A DNA stretch of 64,000 nucleotides from Pyrinomonadaceae bacterium (GCA_036403235.1 DASWRI010000044.1:6193-70192); one strand, 5' to 3'; positions 26,047 to 35,672 are shown, counted from the stretch's first letter. The notes: a model not told the origin generated them from the sequence alone. A program made the numbers and translations.

Positions 26047-26327
26047 TTCTTTATAAAATACGCGATTTATATTGAAATATCCACAAATTTTTTTTGGCCG
26101 GCCGGATTGCTTTTTATTTATTTGAAAATATTTTTCGAAATTTTTGGAAAGCAAAAGCGAATAAAACTTTCTAATAAGTAACGGAAGATAACGGTGGTCA
26201 AGCGCAATGGCAAGCAATTTGGCTTAACTTGGGGATTCCGTGTTCTGTTCACAATCTTCGTATAAAATGTCTTGAGCCGTATTTGACCGAATGCGGCTTT
26301 TTTCTTTTTAAAATTTCCAAAATTCGT

Positions 26328-26537
26328 TCGTGCAAATTGTTAAGGCGCTCGTGCAAAAGAATAAATCACGTCTGCAAAACGATAAACCGTCCGTGCAAAC
26401 GAATAACTCGCTCGTGCAAACGAATAAACCGTTCGTGCAAAAGAATAAATGCTTCGTGCAAAACTGTAAACGGCTCGTGCAAAACTGTAACTCGCTGGTG
26501 CAAAGAAATCTTTCGTTCGTGCAAAAATTTGTACGGG
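26328..26537 (+). repeat. array of 10 direct repeats with exact 21-bp period (core TCGTGCAAA)
   Basis: Core starts at 26328, 26349, 26370, 26391, 26412, 26433, 26454, 26475, 26496 and 26517. Consensus TCGTGCAAAnGAATAAAnCGn. Confidence 0.92.
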
Positions 26538-26640
26538 CGCGGACAAGCCGCCGCCGATACATTTTTCTCGCGCTTTTTGTTTCAATTTCACGAATTTCTT
26601 CTTTGCGTCTTTCGCTTCATTTGTGGCAACTTAAAGGTGT

Positions 26641-28278
26641 ATGCAAAAAGTCCTTTCAGCCGCCGAGATGCGCGAAGTCGACCGCTTGACGATTGAAAAA
26701 TACGGCATCCCGTCGATTCTTTTGATGGAAAACGCCGCTCACGCCGCGGCGCGCGCGATTGCCGAAAAGCTCGGCGGAACGGTCGAGGGAAAGACGTTTT
26801 TAATTTTATGCGGCAAGGGCAACAACGGCGGCGACGGTGCGGCGCTGGCACGCGTTTTATGGACGCAGGGCGCACTAATTTCCTGCGCGCATTTATTTGG
26901 AAAAGTTGAAAAAGCAAAAGGCGATGCTTACGTCAATTTTAATATATTGAAAAAATTTGATAAGCAAAATACTTTAAAGACAAATTGGGTTTTTGTAGAA
27001 GAATTTGAAGAAAAGCCGGAGGATTTGAAAAAATGGCAAAGGCAGACTCATTTCGAATCTTACGACGTGATTATAGATGCGCTCTTCGGGACGGGTTTGT
27101 CCCGGCCGGTTGAGGAAGAATTAAAAAGCATTGTAATTAAAAGATTAATCTCCTTAAAACAAAGAGATTGGAACGAGTCGCTTATTATTTCTCTCGATTT
27201 GCCGTCAGGATTAAACGCTGATTTAGCCGCGCCGATTGGCGAAAATGTAAAGGCAGATTTAACTGTCACTTTCACCGCGCCGAAGCCCGCGAATGTGCTT
27301 GCGCCCGCGTCGAATTTTGGCGGCGAGCTGGTCGTCGCAAATATCGGTTCGCCGCAGGAATTAATCGACAATTCGCCTTCGCAGTTGTTTTTAGCCGAAA
27401 AAGAAGACGTAAAAATCTGGCTCGAAAAAACGAAATTTACGAGCGATTCGCACAAAACGACGCGCGGGCGGGCGATTTTTGTGGCGGGTTCGAGAAATAT
27501 GGCGGGCGCGGCCGTTCTGGCGGCAAACGCGGCGATGCGCAGCGGCGTCGGTCTGATTCGCGTCGCGACGGCCGAATCGGCGCAAAACGCGGTTTCTTCG
27601 CACGCTTACCCGGAAGTGATGGTCGCCGGGCTTCCCGAAACCGAAGACGGCGCAATTTCCGCGGAAGCGTTTGAAAAAGTCGGGAAGCTTTCCGAGAAAA
27701 TGCACGTTTTATCAATCGGGAGCGGTTTGTCTTCGAATGAAGAAACGACCAGGAATTTTGTGCGAAAAACGGTCGAAAACCGAAAAACTCCCGTCGTCAT
27801 CGACGCCGACGGTCTGAACGCGCTCGCGCCGTTTGATTTGGAGGGAAGCAACAAATACCCTCTGATTCTGACGCCGCACGTCGGCGAGATGCGAAAGCTT
27901 CTCGGAAATGAAAAGGAAGATTTCAAAGACCGAGTGAAAATCGTCAGGGATTTTGCCGCCAAACATCGCGTCATTTTAGTTTTAAAAGGCGAGCGCAGCT
28001 TAATCGCCGCGCCTGATGGCCGCGTCGTCATCAATCCGACCGGAAATTCCGGGCTCGGCCGCGCCGGAAACGGTGACACGCTCGCCGGAATCGTCACCGG
28101 ATTTGTCGCGCAGGCCGTCGCCATGAAGCTCGATATTTTCGATTCGGTCGTCGCCGCGCTTTATGTGGCGGGCCTTGCGGGCGACATCGCCGAGCGAAAA
28201 TTCGGCAAACGCGTCATGACCGCTTCCGACGTGCGCGACTGCCTTTCGAGCGCATTTCGAGAAATTGAGGAAAATTAA
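26641..28278 (+). CDS. nnr: bifunctional NAD(P)H-hydrate epimerase / ADP-dependent dehydratase
   Basis: N-terminal YjeF_N block (CGKGNNGGDG) and C-terminal kinase-like block (GNSGLGRAGNGDTLAG). 545 aa. Confidence 0.9.
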   Translation: MQKVLSAAEMREVDRLTIEKYGIPSILLMENAAHAAARAIAEKLGGTVEGKTFLILCGKGNNGGDGAALARVLWTQGALISCAHLFGKVEKAKGDAYVNFNILKKFDKQNTLKTNWVFVEEFEEKPEDLKKWQRQTHFESYDVIIDALFGTGLSRPVEEELKSIVIKRLISLKQRDWNESLIISLDLPSGLNADLAAPIGENVKADLTVTFTAPKPANVLAPASNFGGELVVANIGSPQELIDNSPSQLFLAEKEDVKIWLEKTKFTSDSHKTTRGRAIFVAGSRNMAGAAVLAANAAMRSGVGLIRVATAESAQNAVSSHAYPEVMVAGLPETEDGAISAEAFEKVGKLSEKMHVLSIGSGLSSNEETTRNFVRKTVENRKTPVVIDADGLNALAPFDLEGSNKYPLILTPHVGEMRKLLGNEKEDFKDRVKIVRDFAAKHRVILVLKGERSLIAAPDGRVVINPTGNSGLGRAGNGDTLAGIVTGFVAQAVAMKLDIFDSVVAALYVAGLAGDIAERKFGKRVMTASDVRDCLSSAFREIEEN

Positions 28279-28383
28279 AACAGGTTGGACGGGATAGGCA
28301 GAATGGTAATTTTATTTATTCGAAAGTTTGAAATAAAATTCGAATCTTGAATTTAACAAACAATTATCCTGTCCATCCTGTTT
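28278..28383. repeat. imperfect inverted repeat with 60-nt AT-rich loop
   Basis: aaacaggttggacgggatagg ... ttatcctgtccatcctgttt. The loop contains the palindrome aaattcgaat. Confidence 0.6.
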
Positions 28384-28392
28384 GAATTTTTT

Positions 28393-28833
28393 ATGAAAAT
28401 CGAGGAGTTTATTTCAAAATCGCCCGAAGAAACTTTTGAGCTGGGCGAAAAGCTCGGCGAATCCTTAAAGGGCGGCGAGGCGATTTTGCTTTCGGGCGGG
28501 CTCGGCGCGGGGAAAACGCTTTTTACAAAAGGCGTTTTAAACGCGCTCGGTTTTGATGTCGACGAAGTGACGAGTCCTTCGTTTACGCTCGTCAATCTTT
28601 ACAAAACCGAAAAATTCGACGTTTATCACATCGATTTCTGGCGCCTCGACGAGAACTCCGACGTCGCCTTTGCCGTCGGTTTGAGCGAAATCGTCGAAGA
28701 CGAAACGGCAATCCTGATAATCGAGTGGGCGGAACGATTAAAAGATTTTTCGTTTCCGGCTGACGTTTTAGACGTGAAAATCGACGGCGACGGCGACGAG
28801 CCGCGCGAAATACAAATTTCCCGGAAAGAATAA
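28393..28833 (+). CDS. tsaE: tRNA t6A37 biosynthesis ATPase TsaE
   Basis: 146 aa. Walker A GGLGAGKT, then SPSFTLVN, YHIDFWRL. Confidence 0.88.
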   Translation: MKIEEFISKSPEETFELGEKLGESLKGGEAILLSGGLGAGKTLFTKGVLNALGFDVDEVTSPSFTLVNLYKTEKFDVYHIDFWRLDENSDVAFAVGLSEIVEDETAILIIEWAERLKDFSFPADVLDVKIDGDGDEPREIQISRKE

Positions 28834-28870
28834 AATTCGCTCGGCTGTATTTATGGATTGATTTTATAGT

Positions 28871-29365
28871 ATGACATTGGAAAATTCCGTTTTGCCGAAG
28901 CTCGAAAACCCGCGTCTCGTCGTAAAAAAACGAGAGCGTCTTTTGCAGATTTTTGACGGCGGGAAATTAATAAAAACTTATACAATCATGCTCGGATTCG
29001 CGCCCGAAGGCGATAAGGAAATCAGGGGCGACGGCAAAACGCCCGAAGGCGAATTTTACGTTTTCGTCAAAAACGATAAAAGCAAATTTTATCGCTCGCT
29101 CGGCGTGAGTTACCCATCGGCGGAAGATGCGCGGCGCGGGTTGTCGGAAAATCTCGTATCCGAAGCCGAGCACGACGCGATTCTCGAAGCCGCCCGGGAA
29201 AAACGGATGCCTCCGCAAGACACGCGGCTCGGCGGCGAAATCTACATTCACGGCGGCGGAATTCTGACCGATTGGACGCAAGGCTGCATCGCGCTGCTTG
29301 ACGCGGAAATGAAAGAAATTTTCGACGCCATTTCGCCCGGCGCGCCGATTTTTATCGAGCCTTAA
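28871..29365 (+). CDS. L,D-transpeptidase (YkuD) domain protein
   Basis: Catalytic block YIHGGG...GCIALL. Confidence 0.8.
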   Translation: MTLENSVLPKLENPRLVVKKRERLLQIFDGGKLIKTYTIMLGFAPEGDKEIRGDGKTPEGEFYVFVKNDKSKFYRSLGVSYPSAEDARRGLSENLVSEAEHDAILEAAREKRMPPQDTRLGGEIYIHGGGILTDWTQGCIALLDAEMKEIFDAISPGAPIFIEP

Positions 29366-29471
29366 GCCGCCCATAAAAAATCTTTTCAAATAAAAAAAAT
29401 CGTGTTAAGTTTATTGGGCGCAGCCCCCGCGCCCGATTTATTTTCACCGAATAACTCAAGGAATTTAAAAA

Positions 29472-32400
29472 ATGCTTATCCCCGAAAAAGATTTTGAAAA
29501 AATTCGCGAGCTTCACGAACGAAGTCTTCACCTGCAGGCTTTTCAAACGGCGCAGTCGGTTTGCCCGCTTCCGAACTGGGAAGGGACGAAAGCCGTTTTG
29601 CTGGCGGCAAATCTGGCGTATAATCTCGGCGCTCTCGAAACGAGCTGGAAATGGACGAAAAAAGCATGGCGCAAAGACAAAAAGCATCCGCGCGCGATGT
29701 TTTATTACGGCAACGAGCTTTTTCATCGAAAAGGCGCGCTGCCCGCGCTTATTTTTTTGAGAAAATACAAAAATGATTTCGCGGCCGAAGGAAAACTGCT
29801 CGGCTGGTGGAATTCGCTCTACGCCGAGATTTTCTCGCAGCTTCGCGATTTCAGAACGTCTGACGCGTGGCATCAGAAAGCGATTCAGGCCGCGCCGGAA
29901 GACGTCTGGGTTTGGGTTTCACAGGCGCACACTCTCGAGCTCCAAGACCGCTACGAGGAAGCGCTGGAGATAAGCCGGATTGCCTTTGATTTGCAGCCGT
30001 GGCAGCGAAGCTCGGTTTTTGCGCTGGCGCACAATTTATCGCTTCTCGAGCGTTACGACGAAGCGCTCGAAATATTGACCGAAGCGGCATCGCGGCTCGA
30101 AAACGCGTGGGTCGTCAAACAGCTCGCCGATTTGCAGACCGAGCTCGGAATGCACAAAGAAGCCTACGCCTCGCTCGAACGGCTGCTCGAGCTGACGCCG
30201 ATGCGCGAAGACAGTCTGGAACAATGGCTTTACGGAAATCTCTCGGACGCGGCCTATCTCGGCGATATCAAACAGGCGATTCGGTTCGCCGATATTTCTT
30301 CGAGCCCGTTTCACCTGAAAATCAAGGAACGTCTCGAAAACTTACGCGGAACGGAAAAACGCGTTCGTCTTAAACTGGGATTTGTCCGCCAGCATCATAT
30401 GACGTGCGCGCCGGCGACGGTTTCAAATATCAGTCGTTTCTGGCAAAAAAGCGCGCCGCATCTGGAGATTGCCGAAGAAATCTGCTACGACGGCACGCCC
30501 GCTTACAAAGAGCGCGGCTGGGCCAACGAAAACGGCTGGGAAACGCGCGAGTTTACCGTCAACTGGCAGGACACAATCGAGCTTATCAATCGCGGCGTGC
30601 CGTTCACGCTGGCGACGGTTCAGCCGGGCAGCGGACATCTTCAGGCGATTATCGGCTACGACGAAAGCCGCCGGACGTTTCTCGTCCGCGACCCGTATTT
30701 TCAGCGTCTCGACGAATTTGCGGCCGAAGAATTGCTCGAAGAACAAAAATCCAGCGGGCCGCGCGGAATGGCTCTGGTTCCAAAGGAAAAATCGCATCTG
30801 CTTCAGGATTTAGAGCTTAAAGACGCGCGCGAATACGATTTTCATTTTGCCGTCGACAGCAATCTGGAAAAACACAATCGCGCGCGGGCGAACGAGATTT
30901 TAAGCGAAATGGGCGAGGCTTTTCCCGACCATCGCCTGACGTGGTCGGCGCGCTGGTCGCTGGCGCATTACGACGCCAATCATCCGCGAATGATGGAAGC
31001 GGTCGAAAATCTGCAAAAACAATTTCCCGAAGACATCAATTTGAAATTGAGTTTTTTGAGTCTTTCGGGCAATCAGACGACGCGCGACGAACGGCTTGCC
31101 ACGCTCGAATCGTTTTGCCGCGCCGAAAAGACCGACCCGCTTTTGTGGCAGATGTTCGGCTACGAATTAGGGCGCGACGCGCGCAGTCACGGCCGCGCTC
31201 TGAGCTGGCTTTACAAATCTTTGCGCAGGCTTCCGGTCAGCGGAACTTATCGCGCGATTGCCGATATTTTATGGTCAAAAAGGCGTTTTGAAGAAGCGAC
31301 CGAGCTTTATCGCTACGCCGCCTGCCTGAGCGATAAGGACGAGCAGAATGCTTACTCGTATTTTCTGGCGGCGCGTCATCTCAAGCAAACCGAAAAGGCG
31401 CTGCGATTTCTGCAAGACCGCTTCGACCGTTTCGGTCATCAATCGCGGCTTCCGGTGCAGAGTTTATTCCACGCCCTGCGCGAGCTCGGGCGAACGGTCG
31501 AAGCGTTTGAAGCCCTGGAAAAAGCGCTCGAAAAACGTCCCGCCGACGGCGAATTAAAACTTTTTGCGGCCGAGGCAAAGGCGCGTTTCGGCCGGCAGGA
31601 CGAAGCCGAGGAATTGCTCGGCCAAGCCGAAAATCAATCGCCGCGCAACGTCTGGCTGAGATACGCGGCGATGATTGCCGAGCTGCGCGGAAATCTCAAA
31701 CAATCGCTCGCAAACTGGCGCGAAATCGTCGAGCTCGAGCCGCTCGCCTACGACGCGCACGAAAGCATCTCATTTCTGCTGGCGGCGACCGAAGGGAAAA
31801 AAGCCGGACAGGATTATCTGCGCGAGGCGACCAATCATTTTCCGTTTAATCGCGATTTGCACAAACTTCGCCTCAGCCTTTTGCGAGAGGAAAGCGACGA
31901 GGCCGTCGAAATTCTCAAGCATCTTCTCAAAATCAATCCGCAGGACGCGTGGGGCGAGCGAGAGATGGCGCGCTGGCTCTGTTTTGAAAGAAAATATGCG
32001 GAAGCACTGGACGCCGCCGAGAGGGCAATCGCGCTTGAGCCGAACGAGCCTTACGCGCAGTGGGTTCGCGGCACGGCTCTATCGGAACTCGGAAAATACG
32101 AGGAAGCCGCGCGCGCCTTTGAAAAAGCGATAACGCTTTCGGTCGATGCCGATTATGCGCTGAGCAGCCGGATAAAAATCTGCCGTACAAAAGAAGAAAA
32201 GCTCGCGGCTCTCAGGTTTATGCGCCGCGAGCTGGAAACTCAGGTCAGTTTCGGAAGCGGCGTTTTCGCCTATCGCGACCAGGCGAAACGAATCTTAGAG
32301 CCGGAAGAATTGCTCGCGGAATTAAAGAAAATTTATTCCAACAACGAGGATTACTGGTTCGCGCTTTCCGCTCTCGTGCAGCAGTTGATTGATATGCACC

Positions 32401-34463
32401 GTTTGGACGAAGCGCTCGAACTGGCCGAAAAAGCGACCGAAAAATTTCCCCTGATTCAGCAAATCTGGCACGACCTTTCGGTTATTTACAAAATCAGGGG
32501 CGAATACGAGCAGGAAATAAAATTTCTGCAGCAGGCGCTCAAGATAAACGGAAACTGGAGCTTCGGAATTCAGCAGCTGGTCGAGGCTTTCGAGCGCGCC
32601 GGACGATTTGCGGAAGCAAAGGAAGCGCTCGAAGATGCGCTCCGGCGTTTGCCGCTCGACCATTTTTTATACGGTTATCTGGCCGAAGTCTGCTGGAAGC
32701 TCGATGAAAGGGAAGAAGCAATCGACGCGGCGCGCAAAGCCATCGCGCTCGAACCCGAATACGAATGGGCGTGGCAGGCGATAAAATTGTGGGCGGATAA
32801 ATTAAAACAACCGACGCTCGCCGCCGATTTGGCGCGCGAAGTGACCGTCAAAAAACCGAAAGACATCGGCGCGTGGCTGACTTACGCACAGATTCTCGAC
32901 ACCGGACGTTTTTCGCAGGAACAGCTCGACGCCGCCGAACGCGCGCTCGAGCTCGAACCGAAAAACGTGCTGGCTCTGGCGATAAAAGCCAATGCGCTTG
33001 CCGACGCACGCCGTTTTGACGAAGCCATCGAAATTTGCCAGACAAAATTTGCCGACGGCTATCAGCACGAGCGTCTGCGATACGTGCAGGCCGGAATCGA
33101 ATCCATGCGCGGCAATTTCGAAGAAGCGGTTCGACAGCTAAACAGTCTGACCGCTTCCGTTCCCGATTATTATCCGGCGTGGGAGCGTCTGGCCGATATT
33201 TATCGCAGCTGGGAAGAACGACGCGCCGATTACCTGCGCGTGACGCGCGAGCTGACGAGACTTGCGCCGCAGGACGCGAGCGCGTTCGGTTTTCTCGGCG
33301 AAGCGTATCTGTTCAACAATAAACGCGACGATGCGAAAAAAGCGTTTGAGCAGTCGATAAAGCTCGCTCCCGAATATCCATTTGCCGGCTGCTCTCTGTT
33401 TGATTTGTATTTCGAAGAAAAAGATACGGAAAACAGCCGCCGGATTTTGCAGATTTTAAGCGAATTTGTCAAAAACGAAAGCTCACTCGTCCGGGAAATC
33501 GCGTTTTACGCCAAATCGGGCGATTTGGAAAAAAGCCGCGCGCTCTGGGAAAAACTGTGTCTTTCGGAAAACGCGGTGGAGAGGCATTTTCAATACGTTC
33601 TCGAAAAATTTCAGGAATTCAAGCTTGGCGACGCCAATTTTATTTTGGAAACTCTCCGGCGGACGAGCCTCGAAAAGCGGGCAAACGCGCTTGTCGGCTC
33701 TTTTTTAATTCAAATCGCATGGGGCAAAGAAGGCGAAAAATCGTGCCGCCGCGAACTCGAAAAATTGCTCGGAAACGAAAAAGTCTGGTCTGAAGCGGTC
33801 GTCAAATTTATGGAGCTGATGCTCGCCGGAAAACGTTATTCAAAGCTGCGCGCGTTTATCGAGGAAAATTACACGGAACTCGGCCGATACGACGAAGTCT
33901 GGGGCTCGACCGGCTACGTTCTGCACACCGTAAATGATTTCAAACAATCGCAGAAATGGTTTTCCGGCTGGGAAAAACGCGAGCGGGTTTTGCCGTGGGC
34001 GCTCTGGAATTATTCGCTGGCGCTGAGAAATAACGGGCATGCTCGGGAAGCGGCCGAAATCAATCGCGCGGCTTTGAATCTGGAAAGAGACAATACGATA
34101 AATCAGCATTTGATGATGCTCGGGCTCGAAGAAATCTACGCCGAGAATTATCAAAAAGCGGAAAGTATTTTCGGCGAGATTGACGCGCGGACGTTCAACA
34201 AGTGGGACGGCTATTTTTACTTTTTGCTAGATGTCGGATTGGAAATTTACCGGCACGCGGCGAACAATCAACCAAAGGAGGCCTCAGATTCCATCAGGGA
34301 ACTGGTTAATTTAAGTCTTTCGCAGACCGCGCTGCGAACGGACAAAATTATGCGCGAAAGTTTTAAGCGAAGCGTCGCGGCGGCATTTATGTTAAGTCAA
34401 AACACATGGCTTAAAATCTGGCTGCGAATCAAGATTTTTTACGCCGGGCTCGGTTTTCGATAA
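29472..34463 (+). CDS. 1663-aa TPR-repeat protein with embedded papain/C39-like cysteine peptidase-like domain
   Basis: TPR-like helices throughout. Candidate catalytic residues Q-x4-C in RQHHMTC (Cys codon 30405-30407), His in SGHLQAIIGYD (30636-30638), Asp in VRDPY (30690-30692). Confidence 0.75.
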   Translation: MLIPEKDFEKIRELHERSLHLQAFQTAQSVCPLPNWEGTKAVLLAANLAYNLGALETSWKWTKKAWRKDKKHPRAMFYYGNELFHRKGALPALIFLRKYKNDFAAEGKLLGWWNSLYAEIFSQLRDFRTSDAWHQKAIQAAPEDVWVWVSQAHTLELQDRYEEALEISRIAFDLQPWQRSSVFALAHNLSLLERYDEALEILTEAASRLENAWVVKQLADLQTELGMHKEAYASLERLLELTPMREDSLEQWLYGNLSDAAYLGDIKQAIRFADISSSPFHLKIKERLENLRGTEKRVRLKLGFVRQHHMTCAPATVSNISRFWQKSAPHLEIAEEICYDGTPAYKERGWANENGWETREFTVNWQDTIELINRGVPFTLATVQPGSGHLQAIIGYDESRRTFLVRDPYFQRLDEFAAEELLEEQKSSGPRGMALVPKEKSHLLQDLELKDAREYDFHFAVDSNLEKHNRARANEILSEMGEAFPDHRLTWSARWSLAHYDANHPRMMEAVENLQKQFPEDINLKLSFLSLSGNQTTRDERLATLESFCRAEKTDPLLWQMFGYELGRDARSHGRALSWLYKSLRRLPVSGTYRAIADILWSKRRFEEATELYRYAACLSDKDEQNAYSYFLAARHLKQTEKALRFLQDRFDRFGHQSRLPVQSLFHALRELGRTVEAFEALEKALEKRPADGELKLFAAEAKARFGRQDEAEELLGQAENQSPRNVWLRYAAMIAELRGNLKQSLANWREIVELEPLAYDAHESISFLLAATEGKKAGQDYLREATNHFPFNRDLHKLRLSLLREESDEAVEILKHLLKINPQDAWGEREMARWLCFERKYAEALDAAERAIALEPNEPYAQWVRGTALSELGKYEEAARAFEKAITLSVDADYALSSRIKICRTKEEKLAALRFMRRELETQVSFGSGVFAYRDQAKRILEPEELLAELKKIYSNNEDYWFALSALVQQLIDMHRLDEALELAEKATEKFPLIQQIWHDLSVIYKIRGEYEQEIKFLQQALKINGNWSFGIQQLVEAFERAGRFAEAKEALEDALRRLPLDHFLYGYLAEVCWKLDEREEAIDAARKAIALEPEYEWAWQAIKLWADKLKQPTLAADLAREVTVKKPKDIGAWLTYAQILDTGRFSQEQLDAAERALELEPKNVLALAIKANALADARRFDEAIEICQTKFADGYQHERLRYVQAGIESMRGNFEEAVRQLNSLTASVPDYYPAWERLADIYRSWEERRADYLRVTRELTRLAPQDASAFGFLGEAYLFNNKRDDAKKAFEQSIKLAPEYPFAGCSLFDLYFEEKDTENSRRILQILSEFVKNESSLVREIAFYAKSGDLEKSRALWEKLCLSENAVERHFQYVLEKFQEFKLGDANFILETLRRTSLEKRANALVGSFLIQIAWGKEGEKSCRRELEKLLGNEKVWSEAVVKFMELMLAGKRYSKLRAFIEENYTELGRYDEVWGSTGYVLHTVNDFKQSQKWFSGWEKRERVLPWALWNYSLALRNNGHAREAAEINRAALNLERDNTINQHLMMLGLEEIYAENYQKAESIFGEIDARTFNKWDGYFYFLLDVGLEIYRHAANNQPKEASDSIRELVNLSLSQTALRTDKIMRESFKRSVAAAFMLSQNTWLKIWLRIKIFYAGLGFR

Positions 34464-34543
34464 GCCGCGGCCCGGCTTGACGAATCAAGTTTAATACTGG
34501 AAAATAAAGTAAAGATTGAAATTATTATAAAAGGAAATAAATT

Positions 34544-34987
34544 ATGCCATATCCCGAAATTATGATTCACGGCATGCGACAGGAACTGGCGCAGCTCGGA
34601 ATCGAAGAAACAAAAACGCCCGAACAGGTAAAAGATGCGGTTGAAAACACGGAAGGAACTGTGATGGTCATTGTCAATTCGGTCTGCGGATGCGCGGCGG
34701 GCGGCGTTCGTCCCGGAATTGCGATGGCTCTGCAGAATTCGGAAGCGAAACCCGATAAATCAATCACGGTTTTTGCGGGCGCCGACATCGACGCGACCGA
34801 CGAGGCGCGCGATTATTTTACGGGTTACCAGCCTTCGTCGCCGGCCATCGGAATTTTGAAGGACGGAAAGCTCCTACAGATGTTCGAGCGCAGGGATTTG
34901 GAAGGTCGTCACCCGATGACGATTGCACAGACGTTGATTGACGCTTTCAACGAACACTGCGCCAAAACCGAAGCCGCGAGCAGTTAA
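34544..34987 (+). CDS. bacilliredoxin (YphP/YqiW, DUF1094) family protein
   Basis: 147 aa. The CGC redox motif sits in VNSVCGCAAG at the position typical of BrxA/B. Confidence 0.7.
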   Translation: MPYPEIMIHGMRQELAQLGIEETKTPEQVKDAVENTEGTVMVIVNSVCGCAAGGVRPGIAMALQNSEAKPDKSITVFAGADIDATDEARDYFTGYQPSSPAIGILKDGKLLQMFERRDLEGRHPMTIAQTLIDAFNEHCAKTEAASS

Positions 34988-34999
34988 AATTATTATTAA

Positions 35000-35110
35000 C
35001 CACAGAGGCACAGAGATTTTTTAGCCACGAATTACACGAATTACACAGATAAAAGAAATAATAATTCGTGTTATTTGTGGCTAACTTCTTTTCTGTGCTT
35101 CTTGTGCCTC
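35000..35110. repeat. nested inverted repeats (outer CACAGAG words, inner GAATTACAC words)
   Basis: Outer ccacagaggcacagag / ctgtgcttcttgtgcctc. Inner agccacgaattacacgaattacaca (35023-35047) / aattcgtgttatttgtggct (35063-35082). Confidence 0.8.
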
Positions 35111-35226
35111 GGCGGTAAAAATCCCTTCAAAAAATTCTATTGCTTTTAGCGCACGAAAATCTGTAAAATAGATATAGGTTTCGCTGCAAACCTGTAATCA
35201 AAAATCCTTCCGACAAGGTTTCTCCA

Positions 35227-35670
35227 ATGTCAATAGAAAAAAGACGCTACATCAGATTCAGCTTAGATATTCCGGCAATTCGCTATAACAAATACGGTGA
35301 AACGGTCGAAACGCTGCTTCATCAAATCAGCATCGGCGGCTGTCTGGCCGAATGGGACGAAAACGTTCTGGTCGGCGAGGAATTTCGCCTTTTGATACAG
35401 CTTCCGAACGGAAACTGGCTGCCGTTCACCTGTCGGGCTCTCTATCGATTTACCGACAACGGCATCGGCGTCAAATTTCTCGATATAACGCAGTTTGAGC
35501 AGGAGCTCATCAGCCAGATAATTTCCGAAAACCTCGAAACACAGGGGTTGCCCATGCAGGTTGACCCGTTCGGACTGCCGCGCACATTTGTCCAGCAGAA
35601 ACCGCGAATAACCGATACGCGTCTGGAAAGGGACGAAATTTTAGAAGATATTTTATCGTTTGAAAATTGA
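35227..35670 (+). CDS. PilZ-domain protein
   Basis: RRYIRF near the N-terminus and QISIGGC match the RxxxR / (D/N)xSxxG c-di-GMP motifs. Confidence 0.7.
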   Translation: MSIEKRRYIRFSLDIPAIRYNKYGETVETLLHQISIGGCLAEWDENVLVGEEFRLLIQLPNGNWLPFTCRALYRFTDNGIGVKFLDITQFEQELISQIISENLETQGLPMQVDPFGLPRTFVQQKPRITDTRLERDEILEDILSFEN

Positions 35671-35672
35671 TT

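Noticed and set aside
26077-26085. DnaA-box-like ATATCCACA in the AT-rich region next to the first array, suggesting an origin (iterons + DUE + DnaA box).
   Set aside because: It is a single 8-of-9 match, which by rough estimate is expected by chance in a few hundred bp. There is no dnaA, dnaN or rep gene nearby and no cluster of boxes.
26328-26537. CRISPR array interpretation of the two repeat arrays (this one and 51414-51644).
   Set aside because: The period is only 21 bp and there is no repeat/spacer alternation at CRISPR scale. The variable part is about 10 nt and still semi-conserved. There are no cas genes in the window.
26229-26696. Stop-free ORFs on both strands through the first 21-bp array (26229-26696 +, 26330-26689 +, 26308-26562 -, 26340-26591 -), encoding Cys/Lys/Arg heptad repeats such as SCKRINR.
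   Set aside because: Because 21 bp is 7 codons, any unit lacking stops in a frame yields a long open frame. Two frames on each strand are open simultaneously. None has an RBS or ATG context, and one runs into the nnr start. They are treated as artefacts of the repeat, although a repeat peptide cannot be formally excluded.
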